Source: Candidatus Saccharimonadota bacterium
Lineage (GTDB): Archaea > Nanohalarchaeota > Nanosalinia > Nanosalinales > Nanosalinaceae
Assembly: GCF_029232205.1 (NCBI RefSeq)
Contig: NZ_CP107255.1
Location: 240,001-272,000 of the forward strand
Length of the DNA: 32,000 nucleotides
Direction: 5' to 3'
Under the pieces are notes generated by a model, which was not told the origin of the DNA, made no database searches, and saw only the letters and a program-made list of their open reading frames with translations. The position numbers were made by a program, and so were the translations under genes. Below, piece by piece: positions 1 through 6,750 of this stretch (the stretch's first letter is position 1; every line of letters begins with the position of its first letter).

Positions 1-617
1 ATGAAAGGCTGACCGGTATAGCTTACAACAAGGCCTGCAGGTTTGTCATGGCTCTGCACAGTATTTCTGATTCTGTTCGCCATCTCCGTTTTCTCTGCTG
101 TCGATATCTCTACAGTATTTATTCTGATTACGGCAGCTGTGTAATCTTCTGAAATATAGTTGCTCCACCGGGCCTCGCCCAATGTACTGAATGTCTGTCT
201 TACCTGTGTCTTGCTTGCAGGAATTTCTCCACGGAAGAGATCTGAAGGCCCGGAAGTAGAACTGATCTTGTCTATGGTGTTCAGATCATTTGAAACTGAT
301 TCCATAAATCTCAATGCGTCAGGATTCCTCAGATCTCTTACCTCGGTAGAGTTAGGATACTTAGGGCTAGATTCGATCAGAATAGTGTAGCTAGTGCCCG
401 AGTTACTGGAAAACTCTGTGCTTATCACATCGAAGGCCTCCATGGTAGGCATTGAATCAGGAAGAAGATCCTCCTGACTCATCTGAGTTGTCTGTACCTG
501 TGAAGCCCCTGAGGCAAGCACTGCAGTTATAATCAATGAAAATGCCAGTACTGTTACAGGCCTGCTTTCTACAGTATTTGCGTATCCTTCAAGTGTATTA
601 CCTATCTTTCCGTTCAC
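1..617 (-). CDS. MMPL/RND-superfamily exporter, second half-transporter gene (start in window, 3' end beyond left edge)
   Basis: Absent from the ORF track because no stop lies in the window. Hand translation of the minus strand from GTG(617) stays open to nt 1: VNGKIGNTLEGYANTVESRPVTVLAFSLIITAVLASGASQVQTTQMSQEDLLPDSMPTMEAFDVISTEFSSNSGTSYTILIESSPKYPNSTEVRDLRNPDALRFMESV...VVSYTGQPF. It has one TM helix, then a soluble loop colinear with residues ~20-130 of the upstream 365-aa protein (QESLPDSLPP vs QEDLLPDSMPT; DVRDPRMIRTLNFLEDEL vs EVRDLRNPDALRFMESVSNDL). The GTG overlaps the upstream TGA (GTGA). Confidence 0.6.
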   Translation of the reverse strand, partial: MNGKIGNTLEGYANTVESRPVTVLAFSLIITAVLASGASQVQTTQMSQEDLLPDSMPTMEAFDVISTEFSSNSGTSYTILIESSPKYPNSTEVRDLRNPDALRFMESVSNDLNTIDKISSTSGPSDLFRGEIPASKTQVRQTFSTLGEARWSNYISEDYTAAVIRINTVEISTAEKTEMANRIRNTVQSHDKPAGLVVSYTGQPF

Positions 618-1711
618 TGTTGATCACCTTTCCATCTCTCATACTTTACAATCAATGCAGGAGTAAGAAGCAGTGCGGCAGCCAATGTAAGGCCTTCTCC
701 AAGCGCCAGTGTAAGACCTAGATCTCTCATGAATGATATTGAGGCGAGCAGTAGGGCCAGGAATCCGACCAGATCGGTTGTTGATGATCCAAGTACTGCC
801 TTCCCTGTGTTCGGTACTGCTGTCATTATGCCATCTTCAAGACCCTGCTCGTCTGTTTCCTCTACTATTCTTTCTGCGATGAATGAGCCGTATTCTACTC
901 CGAGGCCTAGAAGCATTGAACCTATCGCGATAGTTGCGATAGTCATTGGGATGCCAAGTAGGCCCATTGCTCCGAGCGCCCAGAGAAGCCCCATAAAGAG
1001 CGGTGCGAATGTTGCTGTTCCGTATGCTGCACCTCTTACAGCTATCAGAAGTAGCCAGATCAGGGCGGAGGCCACAGCAATTATTGTTACGGTGTCTGTT
1101 ATCAGAACATCTGAAAGAACGTTTCTCATCACCGGTGTTCCTGTTGTCTGTATCTCTATGCCAGGATACCGTGGCGACTGTTCTATATTCTCTTCGATTG
1201 TCTTTGTGGCCTCTCTGACGTTTTCCTCTGTCATGTCGTTGCTTAGCTGTATGAACATCGTTGTAGCGGTGTAGTCTCTGTTTGTGAAGCTGGCCTGTGA
1301 CTGTTGCAGCGTCTGTTTGATCTGGGCCTTGGAGTCTGGTGTCTCACTGAAAAGCGAGGCCATGGAGTTTACAGAGCTGATAGATGGCTCATTGTTCAGT
1401 TCATCTTCCAGAAAGTTTAGTGTGCGTATCATCCGCGGGTCACGTACATCGGTGACGTAGTTTTCCTCAAGCTTGTCGTCGCTGGTCTGGAAAAGTACTA
1501 TGATTGAGTTGCTGCTTCCGAAGTTGGCCTCTACCTTGTCCTGTGCTGCGATAGGTGGCAGGCTGTCTGGTAGACTTTCCTGGAAGTTTGTCTGCAGCTG
1601 AATCTGTGGAAGGCCTAGTGAAAGTACTACTGTTAGAAGCAGGCATAGACCGATAATCTTGTCGGTGTGGTCTAGATGCGCTCGGGCCAGAAGATTCAGC
1701 GGATTTTCCAT
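614..1711 (-). CDS. MMPL/RND-superfamily exporter (COG1033-like), first half-transporter
   Basis: 365-aa ORF with TM1, a ~170-aa extracytoplasmic loop and a five-helix bundle ending GSMLLGLGVEYGSFIAERIVEE. This is the G-x-G-(V/I)-(D/E)-Y...R region typical of MMPL-type exporters. It carries only one of the two repeats normally found in a single polypeptide. Confidence 0.7.
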   Translation of the reverse strand: MENPLNLLARAHLDHTDKIIGLCLLLTVVLSLGLPQIQLQTNFQESLPDSLPPIAAQDKVEANFGSSNSIIVLFQTSDDKLEENYVTDVRDPRMIRTLNFLEDELNNEPSISSVNSMASLFSETPDSKAQIKQTLQQSQASFTNRDYTATTMFIQLSNDMTEENVREATKTIEENIEQSPRYPGIEIQTTGTPVMRNVLSDVLITDTVTIIAVASALIWLLLIAVRGAAYGTATFAPLFMGLLWALGAMGLLGIPMTIATIAIGSMLLGLGVEYGSFIAERIVEETDEQGLEDGIMTAVPNTGKAVLGSSTTDLVGFLALLLASISFMRDLGLTLALGEGLTLAAALLLTPALIVKYERWKGDQQ

Positions 1712-1737
1712 TAGTTATCTACGTTTTGTTCCCCCAC

Positions 1738-1744
1738 ATTTAAG
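1738..1744 (-). promoter_or_regulatory. A/T box (CTTAAAT on minus strand), candidate TATA box for the exporter genes
   Basis: Lies 27-33 nt upstream of the ATG at 1711. Five other first-in-unit genes in this window show the same spacing. Confidence 0.3.
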
Positions 1745-1746
1745 AA

Positions 1747-1764
1747 ACTGAATGAACATTCAGT
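1747..1764. promoter_or_regulatory. Perfect 8-2-8 palindrome ACTGAATG-AA-CATTCAGT, candidate TetR operator
   Basis: Read directly from the sequence. It sits in the 40-nt gap between the divergent exporter and TetR genes and covers the first ATG (1752) of the TetR ORF. Confidence 0.5.
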
Positions 1765-2324
1765 CAGTAGGGAAGTTGATGATGAACGAATCGAAAGAGG
1801 AGATTATGGAGGCCACTTATCGAGCACTCTGTAGCCATGGCTATGCTGATTTAACTATTGAAAAAATTGCTATGGAGTCGGAGAAAGGCAAATCATTGAT
1901 ATATTATCACTATGAGGACAAGGAAGATCTCATGGGTTCCTTCCTGGAGTATATGGGCCGGAAGCTGGAGGATGAAATCTCCGAACTTGAGGATCTTCCT
2001 GCGGAAGAGAAACTTGATGAACTGCTTGACCTCTTTCTGGATGTAGATGATGGAGAGATGTGGGAATTTCACAAGGCTCTCTCCGAACTCAGAGTCCAGA
2101 CACACCACAACAGCTCTCTGGCCGAAAAATTCCTGGAAATAGACAGTTATCTCACTGATACAATAGCTGAAACAATGAAAGATGCAGGAGTCCAAGAACC
2201 TGATCTGCGTGCAGAAATTATGGCCTCCGCGATGGAAGGAGCTTTGACGAGAAAAATAAGAGCTGATGACAGAGAAGGCCTTAAAGAAGTGAAAAAGGAG
2301 CTAAAATCGCTTTTTGACTTCTAA
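1752..2324 (+). CDS. TetR/AcrR-family transcriptional regulator
   Basis: N-terminal HTH region EIMEATYRALCSHGYADLTIEKIAMESEKGKSLIYYHYEDKEDL, followed by a helical C-terminal domain. Divergent from an exporter gene. The true start may be ATG 1779 or 1782 (MMNESKEE...) because the palindrome covers 1752. Confidence 0.8.
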   Translation: MNIQSVGKLMMNESKEEIMEATYRALCSHGYADLTIEKIAMESEKGKSLIYYHYEDKEDLMGSFLEYMGRKLEDEISELEDLPAEEKLDELLDLFLDVDDGEMWEFHKALSELRVQTHHNSSLAEKFLEIDSYLTDTIAETMKDAGVQEPDLRAEIMASAMEGALTRKIRADDREGLKEVKKELKSLFDF

Positions 2325-2325
2325 A

Positions 2326-3819
2326 TTATCTAAACGGAAGGATTTTCAGGGTTTTCTCTGCTATACCGGTGATTGTTTCACTGAATCCTTCTGCTTCCTC
2401 TGCGACTTCGCCTTTCTGTCTGTCTTTCTCTTGAGACTTTCCTCTCCATGTACCTTTCTGATACCATAAATAGGCTATTGCTGCGCCTGCAACGTTGGAG
2501 ATGAAGAATGCTATCCACAGGCCTTTTGTGCCGATGTTTATTGCTCCGAAGTAGGCTATAGGAAGTCTGATAAGGCCTAGTGTGGCGATTGATATTGCTG
2601 CTGCTGTCAGGGTTTTTCCTGCGCCACGGAAGCTTCCGTTGTAGCTTCTAAGCACTCCTATGAATCCAAAGCTGAATGAGACGTATCTGAGGAATTCTGC
2701 AGATACTGCGGCTATTTCTGGGTCTTTTGTGAATATGTTGGAGATTGGGTATGCGAAGATGAATGTTAGTACGCCGAGTCCTGTCAGTATGATGAATGTC
2801 CATTTTGCTCCGAACCTTGCTGTCTCTTCTGCTCTGTCGTAGTTTTCTGCGCCTATGTTCTGACCTGTCATTGATTCAACTCCTCTTCCTACTGCGGCTG
2901 CCGGTAGGAATACCATGGAGAAGATTCTGACTGCGATTCCATAGCCTGAGACAACTGTTCCAGCGAATAGTGTTCCGACTACTGCTACAAGGGCGTTTAC
3001 AGAGAGTGAGCGACCTGTTTGTTCTCCTGAGGCCGGGACGCCTATAGCGATCATCTTTTTGAAGAACTTGAAGTTAGGTTTCATCTGTGCTAGAGATATC
3101 TGTATGCCATGAGTTCCTTTGAACAGTATAGCTATTCCTACGATAAGCGATAGGGTTCTTGCAAGTATTGTAGCTATTGCTGCTCCTGTAACTCCCATTT
3201 CTGGTATTATCCAGAATCCGAAGATGAACATTGGATCGATTATTATGTTGAGTATAACGGTTGCAAGCATCAGTATCATAGGAGTGACTGTGTCGCCGTA
3301 ACCTCTCATCAAAGACTGGAAAACCAGGAAACCGAACAGCGAGAACAGGCCTACAGACATTACTTCAAGGTAGCTTGAGGCCGATGCTGCCACTGTTCCT
3401 GAAGCTCCTAGAAGAGGAACGAAATCGCTGATAAGGAAGAAACCAAGGCCTCCTATAGCTACTGAGGCCAGTGCGCTGAACATTACAGTCTGAGAGGCCG
3501 CATAGTCGCGTCTCTTGCTGTTTCCTTTACCTTCATTCTGTGCAACGAGCACGCTTCCTGCAACCGCCAGGCCCATTCCTAGGGAGATCAGGAAGAATAC
3601 GACAGGAAATGCAAAAGTAACTGCTTCCAGTGCATTGTTGCTGTACTGGCCTAGCCAGAAAGTATCCGCAAGATTGTACATTGTCTGCAGAAGATTGATT
3701 ACGATGACAGGTAGCGAGAGATAGAACAAGTTCTTTCCTACAGGCCCTCCTGTTAGATCAAGATCTTCTTGAGACTTGAACCTGTTGCGGATGGCCTCTG
3801 TGATTTTATTGAATACCAT
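2326..3819 (-). CDS. MATE-family multidrug/efflux transporter
   Basis: 497 aa and about 12 TM helices. N-terminal signature LFYLSLPVIVINLLQTMYNLADTFWLGQYSNNALEAVTFAFP, with a second repeat (IGVPASGEQTGRSLSVNALVAVVG). There is a short charged C-terminal tail. Confidence 0.85.
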   Translation of the reverse strand: MVFNKITEAIRNRFKSQEDLDLTGGPVGKNLFYLSLPVIVINLLQTMYNLADTFWLGQYSNNALEAVTFAFPVVFFLISLGMGLAVAGSVLVAQNEGKGNSKRRDYAASQTVMFSALASVAIGGLGFFLISDFVPLLGASGTVAASASSYLEVMSVGLFSLFGFLVFQSLMRGYGDTVTPMILMLATVILNIIIDPMFIFGFWIIPEMGVTGAAIATILARTLSLIVGIAILFKGTHGIQISLAQMKPNFKFFKKMIAIGVPASGEQTGRSLSVNALVAVVGTLFAGTVVSGYGIAVRIFSMVFLPAAAVGRGVESMTGQNIGAENYDRAEETARFGAKWTFIILTGLGVLTFIFAYPISNIFTKDPEIAAVSAEFLRYVSFSFGFIGVLRSYNGSFRGAGKTLTAAAISIATLGLIRLPIAYFGAINIGTKGLWIAFFISNVAGAAIAYLWYQKGTWRGKSQEKDRQKGEVAEEAEGFSETITGIAEKTLKILPFR

Positions 3820-3841
3820 GTACTTTCAGCCGGTTCAAAAA

Positions 3842-3849
3842 TTTATAAA
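3842..3849. promoter_or_regulatory. TTTATAAA box, candidate TATA box of the MATE gene
   Basis: Lies 23-30 nt upstream of the ATG at 3819 on the minus strand and is palindromic. Confidence 0.35.
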
Positions 3850-3856
3850 CATGTTA

Positions 3857-3878
3857 CGAATCGAAACATTTCGAATCG
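3857..3878. promoter_or_regulatory. Inverted repeat CGAATCGAAA-CA-TTTCGAATCG (core TCGAAA-CA-TTTCGA perfect), candidate PadR operator
   Basis: Read directly. The 6-2-6 core at 3861-3874 is perfect, and the extended arms match 9 of 10. It lies in the 94-nt divergent MATE/PadR intergenic region. Confidence 0.45.
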
Positions 3879-3913
3879 GAACTCACAAAAATATTCAGGC
3901 ACTGAGTATTCTC

Positions 3914-4309
3914 ATGGGCAAAAAACTGCCGAGTGACATCCTCAGGTATACTGTCCTGAAAATATTTGAGGAAGGCCCGAGCTACGGCTATGAGGTTGTA
4001 TCAAGTATCGAGGAGGTAACTGATGGCTACTGGAGCCCAAGCTATGGAACTATCTACCCTCTGATTCAGAGATTGGAAGATCAAGGCCTTTTGAAATCGC
4101 TGAGCGAGAAGGAAGCTAAGGATCAAGGCCTGGATAACGGCGACAGAAACTACTTTGAGCTTACAGAAAAGGGAAAAGAAGAGGTAACTCCTGATCAGGA
4201 AACAGAGGCCCGTGAAAACTTTGAAGAACTCATTCTAGGATACTTGAAGATATACGAAAACAAGTACGGCAAGGAATCTCTCGAAGAACTTCTGGAAAAC
4301 GCCCTTTAA
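3914..4309 (+). CDS. PadR-family transcriptional regulator
   Basis: Winged-helix signature LRYTVLKIFEEGPSYGYEVVSSIEEVTDGYWSPSYGTIYPLIQRLEDQGLLKS. I start at ATG 3914 (MGKKLPS) because the ORF-track start at 3776 overlaps the MATE start and promoter. Confidence 0.8.
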   Translation: MGKKLPSDILRYTVLKIFEEGPSYGYEVVSSIEEVTDGYWSPSYGTIYPLIQRLEDQGLLKSLSEKEAKDQGLDNGDRNYFELTEKGKEEVTPDQETEARENFEELILGYLKIYENKYGKESLEELLENAL

Positions 4310-4951
4310 CTAGTCCTGCTTTCTACGGAACTCCATGTACGAGTAAACGGTTGCATAAACCGAAACTATCATCGCTGGTGCTACAGTAAAGAAGATGAAG
4401 TATTCTGGCAATGCTAGTCCTAAAAGAGCTATCAGGCCAGCTGCCTTGAACAGAGGCCCACATCTCTCATGAGTTTTATTCCATACTTCTTCATCGCTAA
4501 GAGTCCACGGCGTCCGGATACCAATAAACCAGTTCTGCCGGGCCTCACTGATAACAATACCCATAATATAGTACAGGGCTGCTATACCAGGAACAAGAGC
4601 CTGACTGATGCTAAAAGAGTATCCAAGATTCCAGAAAACTATCAAGGCCTGAATATATGTAAGAAATCCCAGAACAGCTGCTATAATAGTTCTGTACTGG
4701 TCTTTAAACTCCTGAATGTTGTCTCCGAGCGGATCGATACTTGGAAGTACTTTGAAAAGGCCGTAGAGTCCGAGAAACATTGCTGGTAGTAGTAAGAGGC
4801 CTGTTGTCTTGCTGGTGAAGTTGTCTGGTTGTCCTGCTGCGTTGAAATGTATGGCTATCTGATCTGGCAGATTAAACCATCCGTAGATGGTTAATACAGC
4901 AAGTAAGGCGCCTATTCCGGCTGTAATGTAGTCTTGTTTTTCCAGTTCCAT
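4310..4951 (-). CDS. SdpI/YhfL-family membrane protein with DUF1648-type N-terminus
   Basis: Motifs PDQIAIHFNAAGQPDNF (DUF1648-like) and NWFIGIRTPWTLSDEEVWNKTHERCG (SdpI-like), with about 6 TM helices. Confidence 0.75.
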   Translation of the reverse strand: MELEKQDYITAGIGALLAVLTIYGWFNLPDQIAIHFNAAGQPDNFTSKTTGLLLLPAMFLGLYGLFKVLPSIDPLGDNIQEFKDQYRTIIAAVLGFLTYIQALIVFWNLGYSFSISQALVPGIAALYYIMGIVISEARQNWFIGIRTPWTLSDEEVWNKTHERCGPLFKAAGLIALLGLALPEYFIFFTVAPAMIVSVYATVYSYMEFRRKQD

Positions 4952-4971
4952 TGGGTTCTTGTGTGAGGTTT

Positions 4972-5172
4972 CTATTTTTCCAGTTTGAAAAGTTCTTCTA
5001 CGCGTTCGTTGAAGAAATCTGCAATCTTTAACGCGAGCTCTAGACTTGGATCGTATTTTCCGGTTTCTATGGCGTTTATTGTCTGTCTTGAGACATCCAG
5101 TTCTCTAGCCAGCTCTGCCTGTGTGATATCTTCCTGCTTCCGGAACTTCTTCAGTTGATTTTTGATCGCCAT
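4972..5172 (-). CDS. Small XRE-family helix-turn-helix transcriptional regulator
   Basis: 66 aa: ITQAELARELDVSRQTINAIETGKYDPSLELALKIADFF. This is the classic short Cro/C1-type HTH. Confidence 0.85.
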   Translation of the reverse strand: MAIKNQLKKFRKQEDITQAELARELDVSRQTINAIETGKYDPSLELALKIADFFNERVEELFKLEK

Positions 5173-5177
5173 GATGT

Positions 5178-5423
5178 CTATTTAGACCCGAGATTTGATA
5201 GGCTTAGCCCGTTTTCCAGTCCTCTCCAGTGATAGTAAATCATGGACAGTATGAACACGGCGAATGGTCCGAACGCCATACCATATAGAATCCACTGGAT
5301 CTGCTCCATATAGATAAGGTTGTAGGCCCAGACACTGAAAGTAACAGCAGTGTACGCTATGAAGCCGTTTCTCGCACTTTCCGCGTGAATCCTGTTCTCT
5401 CGTTCATCTCCTTTCAGCATCAT
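5178..5423 (-). CDS. DUF2178-like membrane protein, short paralogue (C-terminal half only)
   Basis: 81 aa. It starts at the conserved GDERENRIHAES motif followed by 2 TM helices. An ATGA overlap links it to the upstream gene. Confidence 0.55.
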   Translation of the reverse strand: MMLKGDERENRIHAESARNGFIAYTAVTFSVWAYNLIYMEQIQWILYGMAFGPFAVFILSMIYYHWRGLENGLSLSNLGSK

Positions 5424-5821
5424 TCTCCTCCTCCAAACTGGTGATATAGAGTAGACAGTGATAGATACATTATGAATGTCCAGAGGCCTAGCTCTGAAAC
5501 ATCTCTGATGAAATCAAGATTAATTTCTATACTCGTGGTTCCAGCTGCTATCAGTGCCAGAGAGACTGTGACAAAGGCCCAGGCCATTCCGTTCGTTGTA
5601 ATCTCTCTTTTTCTTTCATCCATAATCGGCTTTTCATTGTACAAAGCCCAGAGGTTCACAATTACTGTAAATACAGCTGAACCTGCAGAGATCTGAGAGA
5701 AATTAAGTACAAGTCCAAAGTTTGGAAGGAATGCGAACAGGAAAACAGCGGTGTAAGTGAAAAAGAGCGCGTTCATCCTTGCTGGCAAAATGCTTTCCCT
5801 AAACCTTGATCTTAGATTCAT
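5420..5821 (-). CDS. DUF2178-like membrane protein paralogue 3
   Basis: 133 aa with the layout 2 TM, MDERKREITTNG, 2 TM. ATGA overlaps occur at both ends. Confidence 0.6.
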   Translation of the reverse strand: MNLRSRFRESILPARMNALFFTYTAVFLFAFLPNFGLVLNFSQISAGSAVFTVIVNLWALYNEKPIMDERKREITTNGMAWAFVTVSLALIAAGTTSIEINLDFIRDVSELGLWTFIMYLSLSTLYHQFGGGE

Positions 5822-6222
5822 TTCTTAAGGCCTCTGATTCCTGTTTGCCGGATGTTTTGACAGATCATTAGAAATGTTGCTGTAGTGACTGAGATAATCA
5901 GGATTTCAGACTGGCTCCATGAAATTTTTGTGGCGATACCTACGCCTGTAAGCGTTGTCATTACTATGAAGCCGTATCCCAGGCCTTGATCCAGGTTCTG
6001 AATATCTCTTTCATCGTAGCCTGGCTTATCTCTGATCTTCTTAGCTGCGAGATTTCCTATGTTGAAGGCTATGACTGCTCCGAGAGCTACTACAAGACTG
6101 ACGCCGGTTTCTGTCGAGAGAAAGGTCTCAGCGACCACCATGCCAGTTAAGGCTCCGATAAAAATCATAAAATTCTGCTTAATAACTCTATCTAGGCCCT
6201 TGATTCTTCCAGAAAATACCAT
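5818..6222 (-). CDS. DUF2178-like membrane protein paralogue 2
   Basis: 134 aa with the layout 2 TM, YDERDIQNLDQG, 2 TM. Its start abuts the upstream stop (TAGATG). Confidence 0.6.
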   Translation of the reverse strand: MVFSGRIKGLDRVIKQNFMIFIGALTGMVVAETFLSTETGVSLVVALGAVIAFNIGNLAAKKIRDKPGYDERDIQNLDQGLGYGFIVMTTLTGVGIATKISWSQSEILIISVTTATFLMICQNIRQTGIRGLKK

Positions 6223-6630
6223 CTAATCGGCCACCTCCTTCAAACGCTTCAAGGCCTCGATGGTTATCGCGAACAGCATTATTGCTCCCCATGTCAGATA
6301 ATAGGGTGCAACCTGATCCGGATAGGTTTCCAGATTTCCGGTTCCCAGAGCTACTGAGATACCGATCATGGCTACACCAAGAAAAACTCCTGTCCATGTG
6401 AAGGCCTTGAAGATCGAATCTTTCGCGATGCTGATATCTCGCTCATCCTCGATAGGTGTCTTGCTCTTTTTCTTGATCAGGTATAGAAGGCCTACTGTAG
6501 CTGTAATCGCAGCTGCAGCCCCAATATAGATTTCTGTGGCGAAAAGGCCTACAGATACGATCATTCCAGCAAGTAAAGTAAGTTTGTGGGTTCTTTTAGT
6601 AGCGTATTTTTCCAGATCCATGCCGATCAC
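6223..6630 (-). CDS. DUF2178-like membrane protein paralogue 1
   Basis: 135 aa with the layout 2 TM, EDERDISIAKDS, 2 TM. The start is GTG 6630 or ATG 6621. Confidence 0.6.
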   Translation of the reverse strand: MIGMDLEKYATKRTHKLTLLAGMIVSVGLFATEIYIGAAAAITATVGLLYLIKKKSKTPIEDERDISIAKDSIFKAFTWTGVFLGVAMIGISVALGTGNLETYPDQVAPYYLTWGAIMLFAITIEALKRLKEVAD

Positions 6631-6633
6631 ATG

Positions 6634-6677
6634 ATGTAAAGTGTGCTTGACATTTTTAAATGTAAAGTCTGCTTTAC
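6634..6677 (-). promoter_or_regulatory. Two 18-nt direct repeats, each an inverted repeat, flanking an A/T box (6652-6660): candidate promoter and operators of the DUF2178/XRE/SdpI operon
   Basis: ATGTAAAGTGTGCTTGAC (6634-6651) and ATGTAAAGTCTGCTTTAC (6660-6677) match at 16 of 18 positions. The second contains the perfect palindrome GTAAAG-N4-CTTTAC and the first matches it at 5 of 6. ATTTTTAAA lies between them, 22-30 nt upstream of the start. Confidence 0.5.
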
Positions 6678-6750
6678 TTTGTGGTCTGGAAAAATATGGC
6701 GGGGTTGTAAGGTTGTATGCTAATAGGTGTTGAGAGAAGGGCTTTGGCCT

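Noticed and set aside
160-1274. Plus-strand ORFs 160-390, 536-721, 729-1274 and 1003-1218.
   Set aside because: They are antisense to the two MMPL half-transporter genes, whose translations carry clear family motifs and TM patterns.
3776-3913. 46-codon N-terminal extension of the PadR ORF given in the ORF track.
   Set aside because: It overlaps the MATE start codon and the putative promoter and operator. The sequence is not PadR-like, and the PadR domain begins right after ATG 3914.
6678-6750. Possible small RNA or tRNA in the largest intergenic gap (6631-6750), and in the other gaps (9244-9348, 10089-10168, 12394-12477).
   Set aside because: I found no T-loop-like GTTCGAATC/GTTCAAATC box and no cloverleaf-compatible stems by eye. 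The gaps are explained by promoters, operators and a possible T5 terminator (A-run at 6690-6694 on the plus strand). I cannot exclude a small ncRNA without covariance-model searches.
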